Shown here piece by piece: positions 50,519-54,674 of a stretch of DNA of 54,674 bases. The DNA comes from a virus. The notes below the pieces were generated by a model. The model was not told where the DNA came from and ran no database searches. It was given only the letters and a program-made list of their open reading frames with translations. The number at the start of each line of letters is the position of its first letter. Within the stretch, counting starts at the first letter, position 1. The stretch lies in IMG/VR virus record IMGVR_UViG_3300008970_000001. One strand, 5' to 3'. Both the position numbers and the translations under genes were made by a program.

Positions 50519-52183
50519 TTACCCGTAAACGAATCGTTCCAGTCGTGGCAATAACTTGTCTGCTATTTCCTCGCCAGTTAAATCGCTGCTTTTTTTGTTT
50601 AGAGCCCCAGTATTTGCACCTGTAGCTTCAGTGTTGGCAGCTACGGCTTTGGCATTATTTTCTATTGCAGCAGCTAAAGCATCCGACTTTCGTGCATCTA
50701 TTTTTGCTTTTCTAGCGGCTTCCAATTCCGCTATTGAGTTCTCTGAAAAACGTCCAATCTTGACATCCGGAATTATGGCTGACTTTTCAAATGATGGTTT
50801 TTCCATTGTTGATTTTACGCCAGAGAAATCAGCTTTAATCACCTCTTGTCCAAGTGCCCCCCGGATAGCGTTTATTGGCGTGAGCAGGGCACCTACTGCA
50901 CTTTCTGCTTCCGAAACAACACCATTCCACATCTGTGAAAAGACGTATCCTATACTCTTCGCAACGTAGGTAAACCCGCTTAATACCATATTTGCTCCAC
51001 TTATTAATCCATTTACGCCATTCTCTGTTGAAGCGGCCACTGAATTCCATACAGTCATAAAGGTAACTTGAACTAGCTCCCAGTTTTTTCGCATCACTGT
51101 TATAGCTCCAATTACTATTGCAATCGCCATAACAACTGCGCCAAAGGGGTTTGCGGCCATCATCGCATTTAAGCCTCCCTGTGCAAAAGCAGCTTGGACC
51201 GCTGCGATCTTAAAGAGTCCAAACGCAAATACTACAGAACCAATAGCTGGGGCCATGTCACGCACGACACCACCGGCAGTACGCACCCATTCAACTAAGT
51301 TCTGTACACCTCCTGAATCAGCCCACGTAGTTAATTTTTGGGATATAACAGTTATCTGTGCCTCCATTACTGAGAAACTCTCATTCATGGCTTTTGCGAA
51401 ACCTGAATTTATTGCGGTTAACGCAGGCGCAAACGACTTCGTTAAGCTATTCTTAGCCATTACCATCATCTGGCTAATAGTGATGGGTATATTTGCAAAT
51501 CTTGCATCAGTTTCTTCGGCTGCGTTAGATAGTGCCTTTTTTATGATATCGGCGGTAATAAGCCCTTCGGATGATAGCTTTTTAAGTTCGCCGAAGTCTC
51601 TCCCCATTTCCTTCGCGATAGCCTGTCCGAGTAGTGGCGCATTTTCCATTATTGCTACAAATTCATCGCCCTGCAATCTCCCCGAAGCCATCGCCTGAGT
51701 GAGCTGGTGCATTGCAGATGTTTGCTCCGTTATGCTTGCGCCGCCGATTTTAAACTGCTTATTCATCTGTTCGGCGAATAACAATATCTCTTCATTGCTG
51801 GAAAAAGCGCCACCTGCGAGTAAGCCTAGCTTAGAGACAACTGCGGCTGTATCCGTATATGAGGACTTTGTCCTTTGCGCGGATTGAAATATCTTGTCCT
51901 GTAGCTCGGCGGTTGTATTAATGCCATCGTTTATGAGATTGAGGCGAGATTCGGTTGACACTAATTCCTCAGACAAGCTAAGCGCAGCGGACGCACTCCT
52001 GAGAGATACCCATGCCGCAGCAACACCTATAATCTGATTTTTTATAGATGACCATGCTGCAGAACTTGTCCGTTGCAAATCCCGGGTAGTCCTTGCGTAT
52101 TGCATCGTACTGCGGTTAATGTTGTTCATCGTGGGGGTAACCTGATCACGCAGGGTCATGCGTCGTTCTATTGCTGGCGCCAT
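50519..52183 (-). CDS. Tail tape measure protein
   Basis: Has LTQAMASGRLQGDEFVAIMENAPLLGQAIAKEMG and hydrophobic segments. The ATG at 52181-52183 overlaps the stop of the frameshift extension (TAATG); the track also allows a GTG at 52195. Confidence 0.88.
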   Translation of the reverse strand: MAPAIERRMTLRDQVTPTMNNINRSTMQYARTTRDLQRTSSAAWSSIKNQIIGVAAAWVSLRSASAALSLSEELVSTESRLNLINDGINTTAELQDKIFQSAQRTKSSYTDTAAVVSKLGLLAGGAFSSNEEILLFAEQMNKQFKIGGASITEQTSAMHQLTQAMASGRLQGDEFVAIMENAPLLGQAIAKEMGRDFGELKKLSSEGLITADIIKKALSNAAEETDARFANIPITISQMMVMAKNSLTKSFAPALTAINSGFAKAMNESFSVMEAQITVISQKLTTWADSGGVQNLVEWVRTAGGVVRDMAPAIGSVVFAFGLFKIAAVQAAFAQGGLNAMMAANPFGAVVMAIAIVIGAITVMRKNWELVQVTFMTVWNSVAASTENGVNGLISGANMVLSGFTYVAKSIGYVFSQMWNGVVSEAESAVGALLTPINAIRGALGQEVIKADFSGVKSTMEKPSFEKSAIIPDVKIGRFSENSIAELEAARKAKIDARKSDALAAAIENNAKAVAANTEATGANTGALNKKSSDLTGEEIADKLLPRLERFVYG

Positions 52184-52347
52184 TAGCCACCCCACCTTTT
52201 CGTTTCTTCCTCATGAAAAAGGACCATAGACTGGATAAAAAACTCTTTCTCAGCTTGTGTGAGTCCGAGTAGATAATCCAGCCTGTGGCCCCGTTGAATG
52301 TAGTAGTGACATAGATATAAATCTACATCACTACTTATGAGTTTTTT
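52183..52347 (-). CDS. -1 frameshift extension of the tail assembly chaperone
   Basis: The slippery heptamer A AAA AAC (52341-52347) lies 3 nt before the zero-frame stop. The -1 frame stays open for 52 codons (LISSDVDLYLCHYYIQRGHRLDYLLGLTQAEKEFF...KRWGG). Confidence 0.7.
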   Translation of the reverse strand, partial: KKLISSDVDLYLCHYYIQRGHRLDYLLGLTQAEKEFFIQSMVLFHEEETKRWGG

Positions 52348-52721
52348 ATGTCGCTACCAACTTTACTGACGCTGGATCCGTACCCTGCAAGCTTCATGAT
52401 CTCAATGGCTATGGCTGACACCTCGCCAGGCAAAAAAAGAGCAGTGACAATATCCAAGGGCTCGACGCAGCCATACGCCTTTTGTAGCTCATCAGATTTC
52501 AGGTTCGGCTCCTTAACGCACTGTAAGAGTAGATAACTATCTGCCCTAGTGGCATCTTTATCACCAGCGCTCTGGGCTTCTAGCATGTCCGCCGTACCGG
52601 GCGAGCGCACAACGATATTCGATTCAAGCGACTCGACATACAGCGTGGCCGTTTTCGCTTTATTATTTTTGATTTTCTCTTTTTTGGCTATTAGCTCTTG
52701 GATTGATAATACTTTACTCAT
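52335..52721 (-). CDS. XkdN-like tail assembly chaperone (zero-frame product)
   Basis: 128 aa between the tube and tape measure genes. Confidence 0.8.
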   Translation of the reverse strand: MSKVLSIQELIAKKEKIKNNKAKTATLYVESLESNIVVRSPGTADMLEAQSAGDKDATRADSYLLLQCVKEPNLKSDELQKAYGCVEPLDIVTALFLPGEVSAIAIEIMKLAGYGSSVSKVGSDIKNS

Positions 52722-52736
52722 CGTTCTTCCTCCCCG

Positions 52737-53156
52737 TTATATTGTGTCGATGTACTCAAAATCACTAAACGCGAACGCTATATCCTCTGATCCCAGCGTT
52801 TTTTGCTCGAATTTCATTAGGTTAAAACCGTCAAACGTAACATCGTATAGAGCTACCCTTTCCACCCCAACAACGTCAGGGTCCGCCAGTTTTCCTACCA
52901 GCTTCATCCTAGGGGTCCTGCCGGCCTTGATTGCTGCGGCAATTTTCTTGCCGACGCGGCTGCTTGCTTTTTTAATGGTAATTGAACCGGTCCCTGAATG
53001 CCCAACTTGCTTTCTATATGTCGCTAAGCTGCCAGCTATATTAACATCCTCATATGCCACAGCCACGTTAGCGTCGAATTTATCGACTTCAGCCCATAAT
53101 TCATTATCTACCCACAAGCTTCCGAATGTCCCGTTAATAATTTTACTTGGATCCAT
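52737..53156 (-). CDS. Tail tube protein (XkdM-like)
   Basis: 139 aa, directly after the sheath gene. Confidence 0.82.
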   Translation of the reverse strand: MDPSKIINGTFGSLWVDNELWAEVDKFDANVAVAYEDVNIAGSLATYRKQVGHSGTGSITIKKASSRVGKKIAAAIKAGRTPRMKLVGKLADPDVVGVERVALYDVTFDGFNLMKFEQKTLGSEDIAFAFSDFEYIDTI

Positions 53157-53171
53157 CTATCTTCACCGTCC

Positions 53172-54224
53172 TTACACTGCTATTTCGATACTAATATCCT
53201 CCATCGCGTCCGCGAATTTGAGGTTACCGCCCAAGAATACGTTAGATTCAAAAGCCTTCTCTTTAATCTCTTGGTCAGTCATGTCTGTGGTATCAGTTCC
53301 AATACCTTCCCATGCCCTGCGTTGTGCTAACACGTCAACCCCAACGGTGTTGTCGCCCCTGGAGTCTAGCACTTCACCCTCAAGGCCGCGAAGGTAACTA
53401 TTTATTGACGTGATAAATAGTACCTGATTATCGTAAGTGTTGAGTACCTTGCCGATGTACTCATCGTTAAAAACTCTCGATACATCTGATTTGATTAAGT
53501 CCATGCCCTCAATGATTTTGATCTTCTTGAAGACTTTGGATTTGCTGACGGTAGTCTCGGTTAGGCTGTTTACGCCGCGCCCAATTTTAATAGCTCCATC
53601 TTGGTTGATTAAGATTAGTTTCCCATCGTCGATATCCTCTCCGGGTTCTTCCGACTCAGCGATACTCTCAACCTCAGCTAATTTGAAGTACGTCGCCGAA
53701 CGCGTAAGGCTTAACCCAGCAAGTATACCGGCTATTCGTGCGGTGTACTGGCTTGCCGTGTAGGTATTTTCTCCTACCACTATTCCTGCCGTTGCAAAGT
53801 TTACGATGCCCTCGTGGTCACTAACAGAGTTTGGCAGTACAGTCTTAAAGGTTTTCTTGTTGGCGCGCTGGGCTATAATCCAACCACTTACAGTCGAAAC
53901 GTCTGCCTCTTCAATCCCCGGTATTGCTAACCAATCCCACTTCTTTGATCCTAATATTGCAATTTGGGCATTATAGTCGAGATCCTCTGCTGCCCCACGG
54001 ACTACAATAACTTTGTTTGGCGCTCCCAAAAAAGCGTCCTTGATGTACTGCAGATTAGGCGCAGTCCAATCTGCGCTCGCCACATCGATCGCGGTATTGT
54101 ACGAGTAGAACTTGTCTGTCATAGTTTCATCTCTTAATACTAAAGCCACAACTCCGCGAGCGCTCCTTGTTATCGCAGACACCGCGAGAGATTTAAATAT
54201 AAAATCAATAATCGGTAGTCCCAT
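53172..54224 (-). CDS. Contractile tail sheath protein (XkdK-like)
   Basis: 350 aa. The call rests on pattern and position. Confidence 0.88.
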   Translation of the reverse strand: MGLPIIDFIFKSLAVSAITRSARGVVALVLRDETMTDKFYSYNTAIDVASADWTAPNLQYIKDAFLGAPNKVIVVRGAAEDLDYNAQIAILGSKKWDWLAIPGIEEADVSTVSGWIIAQRANKKTFKTVLPNSVSDHEGIVNFATAGIVVGENTYTASQYTARIAGILAGLSLTRSATYFKLAEVESIAESEEPGEDIDDGKLILINQDGAIKIGRGVNSLTETTVSKSKVFKKIKIIEGMDLIKSDVSRVFNDEYIGKVLNTYDNQVLFITSINSYLRGLEGEVLDSRGDNTVGVDVLAQRRAWEGIGTDTTDMTDQEIKEKAFESNVFLGGNLKFADAMEDISIEIAV

Positions 54225-54239
54225 GTCTCTTCATCCTCT

Positions 54240-54668
54240 CTACAGTCTACTTAACACTCTGTCAAATTCATCTATAATGATTCTGTCAAAGTCTCTCTCT
54301 ATTTCTGCTTTCGCCTTGTCGAAAACAAAGTATCCTTGCTTAAATCCATGTTCATTACCATGCTTGTCCACAATGCGATGCCCACGTTCAATTAGGTGGG
54401 CATGTGGTGCGATCTTTGAAGACGTATATACTCTTACCGTAAGATCTCCCCTGCTATTTCTGTCTTCGAAAATTTTGCCGCGCTTTATAGATTTCTGGTA
54501 ATTGCCGGTGTGTTTTCTTACAAGTCCTCTGGCTTTCCGGCGCACGATGGTCCTAGCCTTATTGCCTACTCTTCCCAACATCCGCTTTGCTTCTCGCGGG
54601 AAGTTACGTTCCAGATAAGTAATGTTCCTCTGGAATTCAACAAGACCCCTATGCTCTATTTCAAACAT
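54240..54668 (-). CDS. HK97 gp10-family head-tail/tail-completion protein
   Basis: 142 aa with KIAPHAHLIERGH. Its start lies inside the terminal repeat (equivalent to position 93). Confidence 0.82.
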   Translation of the reverse strand: MFEIEHRGLVEFQRNITYLERNFPREAKRMLGRVGNKARTIVRRKARGLVRKHTGNYQKSIKRGKIFEDRNSRGDLTVRVYTSSKIAPHAHLIERGHRIVDKHGNEHGFKQGYFVFDKAKAEIERDFDRIIIDEFDRVLSRL

Positions 54669-54674
54669 CTTGAT
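54576..54674. repeat. Terminal direct repeat, copy 2 (identical to 1-99)
   Basis: Same sequence as 1-99. Confidence 0.9.

Larger units (their letters stand above)
1..54575. mobile_element. Complete temperate contractile-tailed phage genome (one circular unit)
   Basis: Lysogeny, replication, packaging, head, tail and lysis modules are all present. The 99-bp end overlap closes the circle. Integrase and a tRNA-derived attP are present. Confidence 0.85.

Overview
The window is one complete, circularly closed temperate phage genome. Bases 1-99 are identical to 54576-54674, so one unit is 54,575 bp, and the junction falls inside a head-tail gene, which indicates an assembly overlap rather than a physical end. 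Almost all genes are on the minus strand. In transcription order they are: a Cro-like gene and Rha antirepressor; small early genes; an AbrB-like regulator, a 3D-domain protein and a C5 DNA methyltransferase; a recombination and replication block (fused SbcD-SbcC, DUF5131, SSB, SF2 helicase, dCMP deaminase, VRR-NUC, primase-helicase, then an iteron-rich putative origin); an ArpU/RinA-like late regulator; HNH plus TerS/TerL; an HK97-type head (portal, protease, capsid, connectors); a PBSX-like contractile tail (sheath, tube, chaperone with -1 frameshift, tape measure, XkdP-to-XkdU-like baseplate); a visibly AT-richer host-range module; and a holin plus endolysin. The plus strand carries the CI-like repressor, a tyrosine integrase next to an attP made of the 3' part of a tRNA-Leu(CAG)-like sequence, a moron region with several XRE/HTH regulators and a membrane protein, and an island between lysis and tail-fibre genes that encodes a second Xer-like tyrosine recombinase. 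The gene content suggests a Bacillota, possibly spore-forming, host. The most unusual signals are listed here. (1) A conserved ~45-nt element is repeated three times in front of counter-oriented orphan genes. (2) The RHH-regulated island with the second recombinase separates the lysis cassette from the late operon. (3) The endolysin fuses an S8 peptidase to Amidase_3 and has an internal SD-ATG. (4) SbcD and SbcC are fused in a single polypeptide. (5) The DUF5131 gene is interrupted by an in-frame TGA. (6) A consensus promoter is clamped by a perfect 13-bp inverted repeat. All functional calls rest on motif recognition by eye; no database search was run.
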